From Candidatus Rubrimentiphilum sp. (GTDB lineage: Bacteria; Vulcanimicrobiota; Vulcanimicrobiia; Vulcanimicrobiales; Vulcanimicrobiaceae), in contig DASTDE010000004.1 in the NCBI GenBank assembly GCA_035710515.1, positions 403,434 to 467,433 on the forward strand: DNA of 64,000 nt, written 5' to 3'. The notes under the pieces are model-generated. The model was not told the DNA's origin. It made no database searches and saw nothing but the letters and a program-made list of their open reading frames with translations. Below, piece by piece: positions 7,679 through 16,100 of the stretch (position 1 is the stretch's first letter; the number at the start of each line of letters is the position of its first letter). The translations under genes were made by a program, and so were the position numbers.

Positions 7679-9252
7679 GTCATTCTTTCATTTATATAGG
7701 AGAGGAGTTCGTCGGGATCGTCCGCCTGCGGCACCGGCGGCGCATTCTTTCCGGCGCCTGCCTCGACTTTGAAGCGCGCGCGCAACGGCGTGCCGAGCAC
7801 TTCCGCGATCGCGTCTTCGATCATCTTGACGTTGTCCTTGAGCGTCTCCGCCAGCACGGCGTTCGGCAGCGCGATCACCAGCGCGTTCCCTTCAATTGAA
7901 TCGGGCTGGGCGCGCGAAAGTTGCGTCCGCAACGACTGCCGCTCGCCTTCGATGCGCGTACGGATCGACTGCCACGCCGATCTCACTTTTTGAATCGTCA
8001 CGGGCCCGTTCGAAGCCGCGGGTTTGGAGGCGGGCGCCGGTTTCGCTTGCACTGCTTTTGGTTCGGCCGGTTTCGCTTCGGGTTTGGACTCGGCCGGTTT
8101 TTGCTCGCGCGTGGCCGGACGTTCCTCGAGCGCACTCACGCGCGCCGAGATCGCATCCAAAGTCGGATCTTCGGCGGCCAGCGCAAATCGCAGCAACGCC
8201 GTCTCCAACTCGAGCCGCGGATTGCCGCTCGACCGGACCGCCGACAGTGCCTCCGCCAACATTCGCAGCGCGCGCACGATCTGCGCCTGCGTCAGCTCGC
8301 GGCTTCGCTGCGTTGCCGCTTGCGCGTCGTCGGGCGCCAAGTCGCGCGTCAGCAGTTCGGGATCGATGCGCGCCACGATCAGGTTGCGAAATTCGGCGAT
8401 CAATCCGCGAATCAGCACCTGCATGTCGGTGCCGGCGTCGCTGGCGTCGTCGATCGTCTTGAGGATGCCCGAGGCGTCTTTCGCGATCGCCCGATCGAGC
8501 AGCGTGCGCGCGTAGCTGCGGCCGCTGGCGCCGAACGCCAGCTCGACCGTCGCGGCGGTAATCGAGCCATCCGCGAACGCGGCGGCCTGCTCGAGCATCG
8601 TCAGCGCGTCGCGCAATCCACCGTCGGCGCGATACGCGATGGCCGAGAGCGCTTCGTCGTCGATCGACATCTTCTCGGCGGCCGCGATCTCGCGCATGCG
8701 CTCGATCATCACCGGAATCGCAATCCGCCGGAATGCATACCGCTGGCAGCGCGACAGAATGGTTAAGGGCAGCTTCTCGGGCTCGGTGGTTGCCAAGATG
8801 AAGACCGCGTGCGGCGGCGGCTCCTCCAGCGTTTTTAAAAAAGCGTTGGCGCCCTCTTTGGTGAGCATGTGCGCCTCGTCGATGATGTAGACTTTCATGC
8901 GCATGGACGAGGGCGCGAACTTCACCGCGTCGCGCAACGCGCGAATTTCGTCGATCCCGCGATTGCTGGCGGCGTCGATCTCCAGGACGTCGAGCGCGGT
9001 GCCCGCCAAGATCGCGCGGCAGTTCTCGCAGGTGTTGTCGGGCGTCGCCGTCGGTCCGTGAATGCAGTCGATGCAGCGCGCCAGAATTTTGGCCGCCGAC
9101 GTCTTGCCCGATCCGCGCGGTCCGGAGAACAGGTAGGCGTGGGCCAGCTTCCCGCTCGCGATGGCGCTCGTCAGCGTCCGGACGACGGCTTCCTGACCGA
9201 CCAGTTCCGCGAAACTCTTCGGCCTGTAGTCGCGATAAAGGGACACCCCCAC
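7675..9252 (-). CDS. dnaX: DNA polymerase III subunit gamma/tau
   Basis: Starts YRPKSFAELVGQE. Walker A is GPRGSGKTS, the Zn module is CIDCIHG...CENC, Walker B is IIDEAHML, and sensor 1 is ILATTEP. The SRCQRY motif is present, and the C-terminal tau part is Pro/Ala/Lys-rich. Confidence 0.92.
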   Translation of the reverse strand: MGVSLYRDYRPKSFAELVGQEAVVRTLTSAIASGKLAHAYLFSGPRGSGKTSAAKILARCIDCIHGPTATPDNTCENCRAILAGTALDVLEIDAASNRGIDEIRALRDAVKFAPSSMRMKVYIIDEAHMLTKEGANAFLKTLEEPPPHAVFILATTEPEKLPLTILSRCQRYAFRRIAIPVMIERMREIAAAEKMSIDDEALSAIAYRADGGLRDALTMLEQAAAFADGSITAATVELAFGASGRSYARTLLDRAIAKDASGILKTIDDASDAGTDMQVLIRGLIAEFRNLIVARIDPELLTRDLAPDDAQAATQRSRELTQAQIVRALRMLAEALSAVRSSGNPRLELETALLRFALAAEDPTLDAISARVSALEERPATREQKPAESKPEAKPAEPKAVQAKPAPASKPAASNGPVTIQKVRSAWQSIRTRIEGERQSLRTQLSRAQPDSIEGNALVIALPNAVLAETLKDNVKMIEDAIAEVLGTPLRARFKVEAGAGKNAPPVPQADDPDELLSYINERMT

Positions 9253-9336
9253 AAGTACTTTTTGGCGTTTCGGCGCGCCTGCCGCCGGGTATAGACGTTG
9301 ACGGCGCAGTTTCTTTTGCTTTTATAAGGGGCGGAA

Positions 9337-10977
9337 TTGATCGATCTGCGAGCCGCGCTTCGGGAGAAGTTCGGCTTCGAAGAGTTCCAATCGGGCCAGG
9401 AGGAGGTCATCAGCCGGATTCTGTCCGGTAAAGACACCCTGGCTATTTTGGCTACCGGCGCAGGCAAGAGCCTAACCTACCAGCTGCCTGCATTGCTGCT
9501 CCCGGGAACCACCGTCGTCGTCAGCCCGCTGATCGCGCTGATGAAAGACCAGCTGGACATGCTGCGCCAACTCGGCATCACCGAAGTCGTCGCCCTCAAC
9601 TCGACGCTTTCCGAGGATCAAGAGGCCGCGGCGATCGCGCGCGTGCGCAGCAAGACAGTGAAGATCGTCTTCGTGACGCCCGAAAAACTCGAAGACGAGA
9701 TTTTCTTAAAGCTTTTGCACGAGCTCGACGTGCCGCTCTTCGTGGTTGACGAAGCGCACTGCATCAGTCAGTGGGGACACGACTTCCGGCCGGCCTATTT
9801 GGCGCTGGGCGGCGTCATCGCGCGCCTCGGCCATCCGACGGTTCTCGCGCTCACGGCCACCGCGACGCCGTCCGTTCGCGAAGACATCCTGCACCAGTTG
9901 GGAATTCCCGACGTCAAACCCATCGTGCGCGGTTTCGACCGGCCGAACTTGATCTATGAGGTGCGGCGCGCCGAAAAAGAGAGCGACAAACTCAAGATCC
10001 TGCGCAATCTCTTTCTGAACGACGAGCTCGAAGGCACCGGCATCATCTACACGGCGACGATCAAGAACGCGCTGGAAGTGCAGACGTACCTGCAAGACGA
10101 GCTCGACATTCCGGCTGCGGTCTACCATTCCAAATTGCAGAAGCACGATCGCACGTCGGTCCACAATCTTTTCATGGACGAACACATTCGCGCGGTCGTG
10201 GCGACCAACGCCTTCGGCTTGGGAATCGACAAAGCGAACATCCGCTTCATCGTGCACTACGATCTGCCCGGTTCGGTCGAAGCGTACACGCAGGAAGCTG
10301 GGCGGTCCGGGCGCGATGGCTTGCCGTCCCGCTGCATCCTGATCTACCGCATGAGCGACACGCGCGTCCAGAATTATTTTCTCACCGGCAAGTATCCGGA
10401 CATCGAAGAGGTGCAAAAAGTCTTCGGAACGCTCGAGATCTTCGCGGCCCAAACGGGCGGCGTCTCGATGACGGACCTGCGCAAGATTCTCCAGCTGCCG
10501 CTGACCAAGCTCAAAGTGATTCTGGCGCTGCTCAAAAAAGGCGGCTTCATCGAAACGCCGAGCCGCTCGAAGTACGCGCTGACCGCAGCGGCGCGCGAAA
10601 AGCGGGAGATGCTCCTGAATCTTGCCAGCTACGAAACGAAGAAGTCGTACGATCAGAGCAAACTGGCGATGATGCTGCACTACGCGGAGTCGACGTCCTG
10701 CCGCCGCCGCTTCATCTTGAACTATTTCGGCGAAGGCTTCGACCGCGCCAACTGCGGCGCGTGCGACAACTGCTTGCGCGTGCGCATCGCCGCCCGGAAC
10801 GGCGATCTGGCCGCCGAGACAGCCTATCGCATCGCCGATATCGTCCATCATCCCAAGTTCGGACAGGGCACGGTCGAGCGCGCCGAAAAAGACTTGGTTA
10901 CCGTGCTCTTCCCAAATGTAGGCTACAAAACGCTGCTCGCCTCATCGGTGAGCCGCCAAGAAGCCAAAATCGCCTAG
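9337..10977 (+). CDS. recQ: RecQ-family ATP-dependent DNA helicase
   Basis: Motif I is ATGAGKSLTYQLPAL and the DEAH box is VVDEAHCISQWGHDFRP. Further motifs are TATATP, ATNAFGLGIDK and QEAGRSGRDG. The Zn-binding region is CRRRFILNYFGE...CGACDNC. The C-terminus (HHPKFGQGTVE...VTVLF) looks Tudor-like rather than HRDC. TTG start. Confidence 0.88.
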   Translation: MIDLRAALREKFGFEEFQSGQEEVISRILSGKDTLAILATGAGKSLTYQLPALLLPGTTVVVSPLIALMKDQLDMLRQLGITEVVALNSTLSEDQEAAAIARVRSKTVKIVFVTPEKLEDEIFLKLLHELDVPLFVVDEAHCISQWGHDFRPAYLALGGVIARLGHPTVLALTATATPSVREDILHQLGIPDVKPIVRGFDRPNLIYEVRRAEKESDKLKILRNLFLNDELEGTGIIYTATIKNALEVQTYLQDELDIPAAVYHSKLQKHDRTSVHNLFMDEHIRAVVATNAFGLGIDKANIRFIVHYDLPGSVEAYTQEAGRSGRDGLPSRCILIYRMSDTRVQNYFLTGKYPDIEEVQKVFGTLEIFAAQTGGVSMTDLRKILQLPLTKLKVILALLKKGGFIETPSRSKYALTAAAREKREMLLNLASYETKKSYDQSKLAMMLHYAESTSCRRRFILNYFGEGFDRANCGACDNCLRVRIAARNGDLAAETAYRIADIVHHPKFGQGTVERAEKDLVTVLFPNVGYKTLLASSVSRQEAKIA

Positions 10978-10984
10978 GCGAAAC

Positions 10985-12589
10985 GTGGTGAAGCGGGCTT
11001 TGCTCGCCGCGATAGTCGCGGCCGCTATTGCCTTTGCGTGCGTCGCCGGACCGCGCGCGCAGACTCCGCTTCCCTCGCCCACTCCCAGCCCCTCGGCTTC
11101 ACCCTCGGCCGCGCCCACCGCGCTGCCCACGCAGCCGCCCATCGTCGTGGTTCCGGCGTCGGCGCAAGTTCCGGTGGGCTCGACACAGAGCGTGCGCGTC
11201 ATGTCGGCGCTGGGCCAACTCACCCTCGCCGTTTCCAACAAGTCCGTCGTCGACGCGGCCGTCGATCAAACGACGCAGATCGTCACGCTCAGCGGCAAGG
11301 CGCCCGGCAATGCGGTCGTCACCGTTACGGACCAGCGCGGCATCAGCGCGCAGATTCCCGTGCGAGTGGCATTTAATGCCGGCAGCATCGCCGACGCCGC
11401 CTCGATTCGCATCACCGGCGATCCCGCGAGTCCGGAGTTCATCAAACAAGAAGCCACTGCGGCAGCGGGAGCTCTGGTGCAAGTTCGCCCGGGCGCGCAG
11501 GCGATCGTTACGACGGACGTCGTTCAAGTCACGCAGCCGCTGCAGCAAGACAACATCGCTATCGTCGACGTGCCGGTGCTGATTCAGGGCGATCAATACT
11601 TTACCGTGCAGGGCACGACGCACGTCCGCGTCGAGAACGTGGCGGCGCCCGCGATTCTGCCCGACTCGCTGATGGTCAGCGACTTTCCGGAGCGCTTAAC
11701 CGAAAACGGAATTCTGTTCGCGGCCGATCTGCAGCGGACGCAGCCGTCGCGCTTCCTCTACTTTCATTTCAATCCGCTGGGCGAACCGGCGCGGCGCGTC
11801 GTTCTGCGCGCGGAAAACCGTTCCGCGCAGCCGGCGCTGCTGCAGTTTATCTCAGGGCAAGCCGGACCCGGCCCGAACGAGATGGAGGTCGGACACAGCG
11901 CCACCAAACGCTTCCTCGAACGTCAGTTGCAGAACGAGGGCCGGATCATCGCAATCGCCGGGAACGGGACGCTCCAACTCGCACAGCAAGACCTTCCGCC
12001 CAACGCCATCGTCTGCGGACTCTTACAGCTGCGCGTGCTCAACGGCACGACCGTTCACTTGACGTTGTTCGCGCAAAACGCAACCAGTTCTCCGGACGAA
12101 CCGCTGAGCGGCACCGATCTTCTGCAAGGGACTGCGCGGCACGCGCGCGGCGTTTATCAAATTCCCGAATTTCACTACACGCGCACGTGGAGTGTCAACG
12201 ACGAATACCTCGAGTTGCCGATCGGAGACATCCCGCTGCCGAACGTCATGCAAGGCGAAGCGCTCTCCGGCGACTATGGCGTCAAACAAAGCTTCGTTGT
12301 CAGCGTTCAGAACCCGACGAGCAGGCCGGTACCGATCGCGATCTACGAAAACCCGCGCGGCGGACGCGCCACCGGCACGTACGTCATCGACGGCGTCCTC
12401 ATTCAGTCGCACGGCGTGCCTGCGTTCTCGCGTTACAAAATACGGCAGTACGTCGTGCCGGCGCGCGGCTTCGTGCGCGTGACGATCGTGACGATTCCGG
12501 AGAGCGGGTCGAGCTATCCGCTCCGTCTCATCTTCGCGCCGGATGATGGAAGCGTGGCGCCGGGAGCGCCCGGGTCTCCCATTTACTAG
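10985..12589 (+). CDS. secreted protein: signal peptide, Pro/Ser/Thr linker, Ig-like (Big_2-like) domain and a C-terminal domain of unknown function
   Basis: 534 aa. The signal is MVKRALLAAIVAAAIAFACVAGPRAQ and the linker is PLPSPTPSPSASPSAAPTALPTQPP. VPVGSTQSVRV...VTLSGKAPGNAVVTVTDQRG resembles bacterial Ig-like domains. The remaining roughly 350 aa are unrecognised. Confidence 0.6.
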   Translation: MVKRALLAAIVAAAIAFACVAGPRAQTPLPSPTPSPSASPSAAPTALPTQPPIVVVPASAQVPVGSTQSVRVMSALGQLTLAVSNKSVVDAAVDQTTQIVTLSGKAPGNAVVTVTDQRGISAQIPVRVAFNAGSIADAASIRITGDPASPEFIKQEATAAAGALVQVRPGAQAIVTTDVVQVTQPLQQDNIAIVDVPVLIQGDQYFTVQGTTHVRVENVAAPAILPDSLMVSDFPERLTENGILFAADLQRTQPSRFLYFHFNPLGEPARRVVLRAENRSAQPALLQFISGQAGPGPNEMEVGHSATKRFLERQLQNEGRIIAIAGNGTLQLAQQDLPPNAIVCGLLQLRVLNGTTVHLTLFAQNATSSPDEPLSGTDLLQGTARHARGVYQIPEFHYTRTWSVNDEYLELPIGDIPLPNVMQGEALSGDYGVKQSFVVSVQNPTSRPVPIAIYENPRGGRATGTYVIDGVLIQSHGVPAFSRYKIRQYVVPARGFVRVTIVTIPESGSSYPLRLIFAPDDGSVAPGAPGSPIY

Positions 12590-13605
12590 ATCGTCTTGTA
12601 AATCGCTTCCATTTGGGCGGCACTGCGAGCCCATGAAAAACGTTCGATAGAACGCGCGCGCACGCTGCCGCTATGCAGTTGCGCAGCTGACGGATCGCTA
12701 ACTATCGCGTCGATCGCGCGCGCCCATTCCTTGGGATCATCCACGGGCACGATAGCGGCGTCGCCGTCGGCGATCTCCGGCAAGGACGACTGGTCCGAGA
12801 CGAGTACGGGAACGCCGCCGCACAGCGCCTGCGCGGCCGCATAACCGAAGCCTTCATAGCGCGACGGCACGGCAACCAGCGCGCACTTCGCGTAGAGATC
12901 GACCAGCGCCGCGCGGCTGACGTACCCGTGGAACTCAATGCGATCGCGCACGCCGAGACTCTGCGCCAATTGCAAACACTCATCGCGGTACGGTGTGAAC
13001 GGACCGACGGAAATGATGCGGACGCGCGGAGCGATCAGCGGAAGCGCGCGGATGAGCACTTCAAAATTCTTGCGCCGTTCCACCGTGCCGGGCACCAGGA
13101 TCACATCGCCGGGCGGCTCCCGGTGCAGGTTCGTAAACTCCGGAGCAACGCCCGGATAGACAACGTGGACGCGCTCGGGCGGAACGCGCAGGACAGCGAG
13201 CAGTTCCCGCCGCGAAAAATCGGCGTCCACTACAATCGCTCTGGCTTCGCCATAGCGCTTCAGTGCGAATGCGCCGAAATAGTAGCGCGCGTAGGCGGGT
13301 GTGTGGCGCTGGACCTTCAGCCACGCAACATCGTGAACGGTAACGACCATCGGCAGCGCCGAGAATGCCGGCATCGTGCCGGAGACGCAGTGCAGCAGAT
13401 GCGCACCGCTGGCCCGCGCGCGAAACGGCAGCAGCACCTGATCCCAGAGCACGCGCCGGTCGAACCGCCACGGGTCCAGCCGCGGTTCGCGCAGCTCGAC
13501 GATCGTTGTGCCTTGGTCGCGCAGCGCGTTGGCTAGGCCGGCCGCATACTCGCCGATTCCCGTTGCGGTTCCCAGCGTCAGCTGCGCATCCAGCGCAACG
13601 ATCAT
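12586..13605 (-). CDS. glycosyltransferase family 4 (GT-B, GT1-type C-terminal domain)
   Basis: 339 aa. The N-terminus is MIVALDAQLTLGTATGIGEY, and the C-terminal EX7E region is VPSRYEGFGYAAAQALCGGVPVLVSD. Confidence 0.85.
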   Translation of the reverse strand: MIVALDAQLTLGTATGIGEYAAGLANALRDQGTTIVELREPRLDPWRFDRRVLWDQVLLPFRARASGAHLLHCVSGTMPAFSALPMVVTVHDVAWLKVQRHTPAYARYYFGAFALKRYGEARAIVVDADFSRRELLAVLRVPPERVHVVYPGVAPEFTNLHREPPGDVILVPGTVERRKNFEVLIRALPLIAPRVRIISVGPFTPYRDECLQLAQSLGVRDRIEFHGYVSRAALVDLYAKCALVAVPSRYEGFGYAAAQALCGGVPVLVSDQSSLPEIADGDAAIVPVDDPKEWARAIDAIVSDPSAAQLHSGSVRARSIERFSWARSAAQMEAIYKTI

Positions 13606-14468
13606 TTGAGCAGCGCTTCGAGCGTGTGCAAGAAATGTGAATGCGGATCGTACGAGCGGCTGAGTTGCGCGTACGCGCGCGCCTTGGCCGTGTCTCCCGA
13701 GCGAAACGCCGATACACCCAACCCGGCGTATGCATCGGCGCTGGCCGGATTTTGATCGGCCGCGCGTTTGAAATAGACGCGTGCTTGGGACGGATCGTTC
13801 AGGTTGAGCGCTTGGCTGCCGGCGTAGATCAAATACCGCTCGGAAAACGGCGCGAGTGCTACGGCTTCGACGTAATCGTGCATACCGGTTTTAAACCACG
13901 CCCGCCGGTGACGGGGATCGGCATATCCACGCTGCGCTGCCAACCGGCCGAGTTCCCAGTACGCATCGGCGAGCGCATCGGGATGCGTGGCCGCGCCTTG
14001 CAGACGCTGCGTCAGACGCAGCTCCAGATTGTAGGCGCCCGCCTTATCGTGTTTAGCAAGCCGGCTGACTTCGCCGCGAATGGCAAAGACGTCGTTGGCG
14101 GCCAGAAAATATCGCTGGGCCGCGGCTTGATCGCCGCCGGCTTGCGCTATCCGGCCCAGCAAATCGTCACGCGCGGGCGACGGCGGTAAGCGTTCGGCGT
14201 GCGATTGCGCGTGTCGCAGATCACCGCGATCCAGCAATGCCTGTGCCAGCATCGACTCAACGTATGGAGCCGGCGCGACCCGTTCGATCGCGGAGTACGT
14301 CCGGATGCCGAGATCCGGGTGAAGGTTGGCGGGCACCGACGCCCGGGCGGCCGCGCGCGAAAAAATGGCGCCCGATGCCAACTGCACGGCGCCAAGCGCG
14401 ACGGCCAGAGCCGTCAGGACCGCGATGAGGATGGTGTAGACGACTGCGCGGCGTGCCGCGTCGGTCAG
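13602..14468 (-). CDS. TPR-repeat protein, probably N-terminally membrane-anchored
   Basis: TPR-like repeats are visible (AYWELGRLAAQRGY, YLIYAGSQALNLNDPSQARVYFKRAADQNP, AYAGLGVSAFRSGDTAKARAY). The first canonical start is GTG 14387. The open frame upstream encodes a perfect signal-anchor (TDAARRAVVYTILIAVLTALAVALGA) reachable only from CTG 14468 or ATT 14471, which overlap the upstream stop codon. The 5' end is therefore uncertain. Confidence 0.7.
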   Translation of the reverse strand: MTDAARRAVVYTILIAVLTALAVALGAVQLASGAIFSRAAARASVPANLHPDLGIRTYSAIERVAPAPYVESMLAQALLDRGDLRHAQSHAERLPPSPARDDLLGRIAQAGGDQAAAQRYFLAANDVFAIRGEVSRLAKHDKAGAYNLELRLTQRLQGAATHPDALADAYWELGRLAAQRGYADPRHRRAWFKTGMHDYVEAVALAPFSERYLIYAGSQALNLNDPSQARVYFKRAADQNPASADAYAGLGVSAFRSGDTAKARAYAQLSRSYDPHSHFLHTLEALLK

Positions 14469-15628
14469 AATTTCACCGTGAAGTTCAGGTCGGCCCGCGT
14501 TTGGTTCAGGTTGAAGTTTTGCAGCAGTGAATCCTGATAGCGGTTCTGGCGCGCGGAGAGCGTGATCGCGCTCGAGCTGTAGGGCAGCTGATACGTAACG
14601 TTGCCCAGGTACGTGTCCTTCTGCGCGTCCAAGCCGGGGAACAGCAGGGTGCCGTACTCTCCCTGATAGTGCTGACGTTCGAATTGCAGTCCGACGGTCA
14701 CGCGCGGCGTAACCGGTACGGCCAGCTTCGCGCCCACACTATGTTGAACGACGTTCGTCAAACCTGGATAGTACAGCAGCGGAGACTGCGGATCGAAGCT
14801 GCCGGCGCGATCCGTGCCGAAAACAGGATCGGGGTCGACGGGCACGTACGGAAACGCCGCATTCTGCGCGATCCCGATGTGTTCTAATCCGCCGGAAAAT
14901 TGAAACGCAAGCCGGTTGTTGCCCGCGCGCAGATTAAAGTTCGTCAGCGCCACCACGCGCTGCGCGCGCGAGTCAGCCAGGTACGGGCAGGGCGCGGCCA
15001 GGTCGGTCGTGCCGCAGACCTGCAACGCATGGAACGCGTCAGGGTGAAGCGTCTGCATGCCGGCGCTGTCTATTTGGCTTGTGAAGTGCAGACCGCCAAG
15101 GCGCATCGGCATGCCGATCGTCGCGCTCACCGCTTGCAGCGTCGGTACGTAGAGGTACGGCTGGTAGGCTCCAAACCGAACCGGCTGGTCCTGCGCCAAG
15201 GTCGCTGCGACCGACGGAATTGTGTTCGGTTGATCGATGGCCGGCGCAATCAGCGGCGCATCGTCGGCGTAAAGCGGAGCTGCCGTTGCAAACGCTTGCG
15301 CCGAAACGTTGCTCGCGGCTGACGTACCGTGCTGGACGGGCAGCGTGAAGTTCACGTGCGCGACGGCCGGAGCTGCTTGCGCCGCGGGCTCCGGAAGCGT
15401 CAGCGAATCGGCAACGGTGACGTTAAAGAGTGCCGCCGCAAAGGTGCTGGCATGGCGTTGCGCGGGTGTCAGCGAGATCATTGAACCGGCGTTGCGATCG
15501 AACATCCGGGCAGGGTCGAGATTCGCGCGGGCCGCGGAAAACGCGTTCGCCGGCGCGCCAAAAGACAGCGCTGCGGCCAGCACCATCAACGACGCGAAAC
15601 GAACCGAGCGAGTCATATCTCTCTCCAT
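14465..15628 (-). CDS. putative outer-membrane beta-barrel protein
   Basis: 387 aa. The signal peptide is RFASLMVLAAALSFGAPANA|FS. The C-terminal half has an alternating amphipathic pattern and ends in ...ADLNFTVKF, the aromatic terminal signature of outer-membrane proteins. ATG 15616 is an alternative start. Confidence 0.6.
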   Translation of the reverse strand: MERDMTRSVRFASLMVLAAALSFGAPANAFSAARANLDPARMFDRNAGSMISLTPAQRHASTFAAALFNVTVADSLTLPEPAAQAAPAVAHVNFTLPVQHGTSAASNVSAQAFATAAPLYADDAPLIAPAIDQPNTIPSVAATLAQDQPVRFGAYQPYLYVPTLQAVSATIGMPMRLGGLHFTSQIDSAGMQTLHPDAFHALQVCGTTDLAAPCPYLADSRAQRVVALTNFNLRAGNNRLAFQFSGGLEHIGIAQNAAFPYVPVDPDPVFGTDRAGSFDPQSPLLYYPGLTNVVQHSVGAKLAVPVTPRVTVGLQFERQHYQGEYGTLLFPGLDAQKDTYLGNVTYQLPYSSSAITLSARQNRYQDSLLQNFNLNQTRADLNFTVKF

Positions 15629-15698
15629 ACCCGCTTACGGGGGACACCCTTTACTATCGGCATAAGGCGGGGGAGGATTCATTTACGGCAGGAGCGGC

Positions 15699-16100
15699 TC
15701 AAAACCCCGTTTTGGCATAGCGGCGGGCAATCAGCAGGGCCGCGTAGTCGTCGATGGCCCGGGGCGGGACTTGGAGGCCCAGGGGCACCAGCCGCCGCCA
15801 GCCTCGAGGGGGATGGTCGGCAAAGTACAGGGCCCGCGCCCGGTAGCTCGTATCGGTTTCGTCGATCTCGTAAACGGGGGCCCCCAGGCGCTCCAAGAGC
15901 GTCCGCAGCGCGGCCGCGTTGGTTCCGCTCCCCAGGGCAACGGCTCGCAAGGGGTGCGCGGCCACCAACGCCTCAAGCCGCCCGGACAGCGCATCGAGCG
16001 ACTCGATTCCCATCGCCAGCGCCGGCGACGTCGCATCGGTTACCAAAGCAAAGCCGACCTTGCGCGTTCCCGGATCGATCCCGAGAACCGCCGGGCTCAT
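15699..16100 (-). CDS. RNase H-fold nuclease-like protein (RuvX/YqgF- or RuvC-like)
   Basis: 133 aa. The N-terminus (VLGIDPGTRKVGFALV) is the first acidic-residue strand typical of RuvC/YqgF-fold proteins, and EIDETDTS comes later. ATGA overlap with the upstream gene. Confidence 0.55.
   Translation of the reverse strand: MSPAVLGIDPGTRKVGFALVTDATSPALAMGIESLDALSGRLEALVAAHPLRAVALGSGTNAAALRTLLERLGAPVYEIDETDTSYRARALYFADHPPRGWRRLVPLGLQVPPRAIDDYAALLIARRYAKTGF

Noticed and set aside
8825-8850. A T-TTT-TTA-AAA-A run in dnaX (NAFLKTLEE region) as a possible programmed frameshift site for gamma/tau.
   Set aside because: It lies in the conserved AAA+ core (box VII region), far upstream of where the tau/gamma junction occurs. 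No downstream stimulatory hairpin or nearby out-of-frame stop was evident.
9253-9336. SRP RNA (ffs) or another ncRNA upstream of dnaX, as found in many bacteria.
   Set aside because: The spacer is only 84 bp and serves as the divergent promoter region for dnaX and recQ. No SRP-like helix 8 motif was seen.
9706-10851. Long antisense ORFs inside well-supported genes. Examples are 9706..10851 in recQ, 18162..19145 in lptB, 27463..28581 in the long skp, 34039..35763 in tamB, 43634..44962 in dnaA and 56494..57423 in trpS.
   Set aside because: They are Arg/Ala/Gly/Pro-rich with no recognisable motifs, and they lie opposite genes with strong family signatures. This is the expected artefact of stop-codon depletion in GC-rich DNA.
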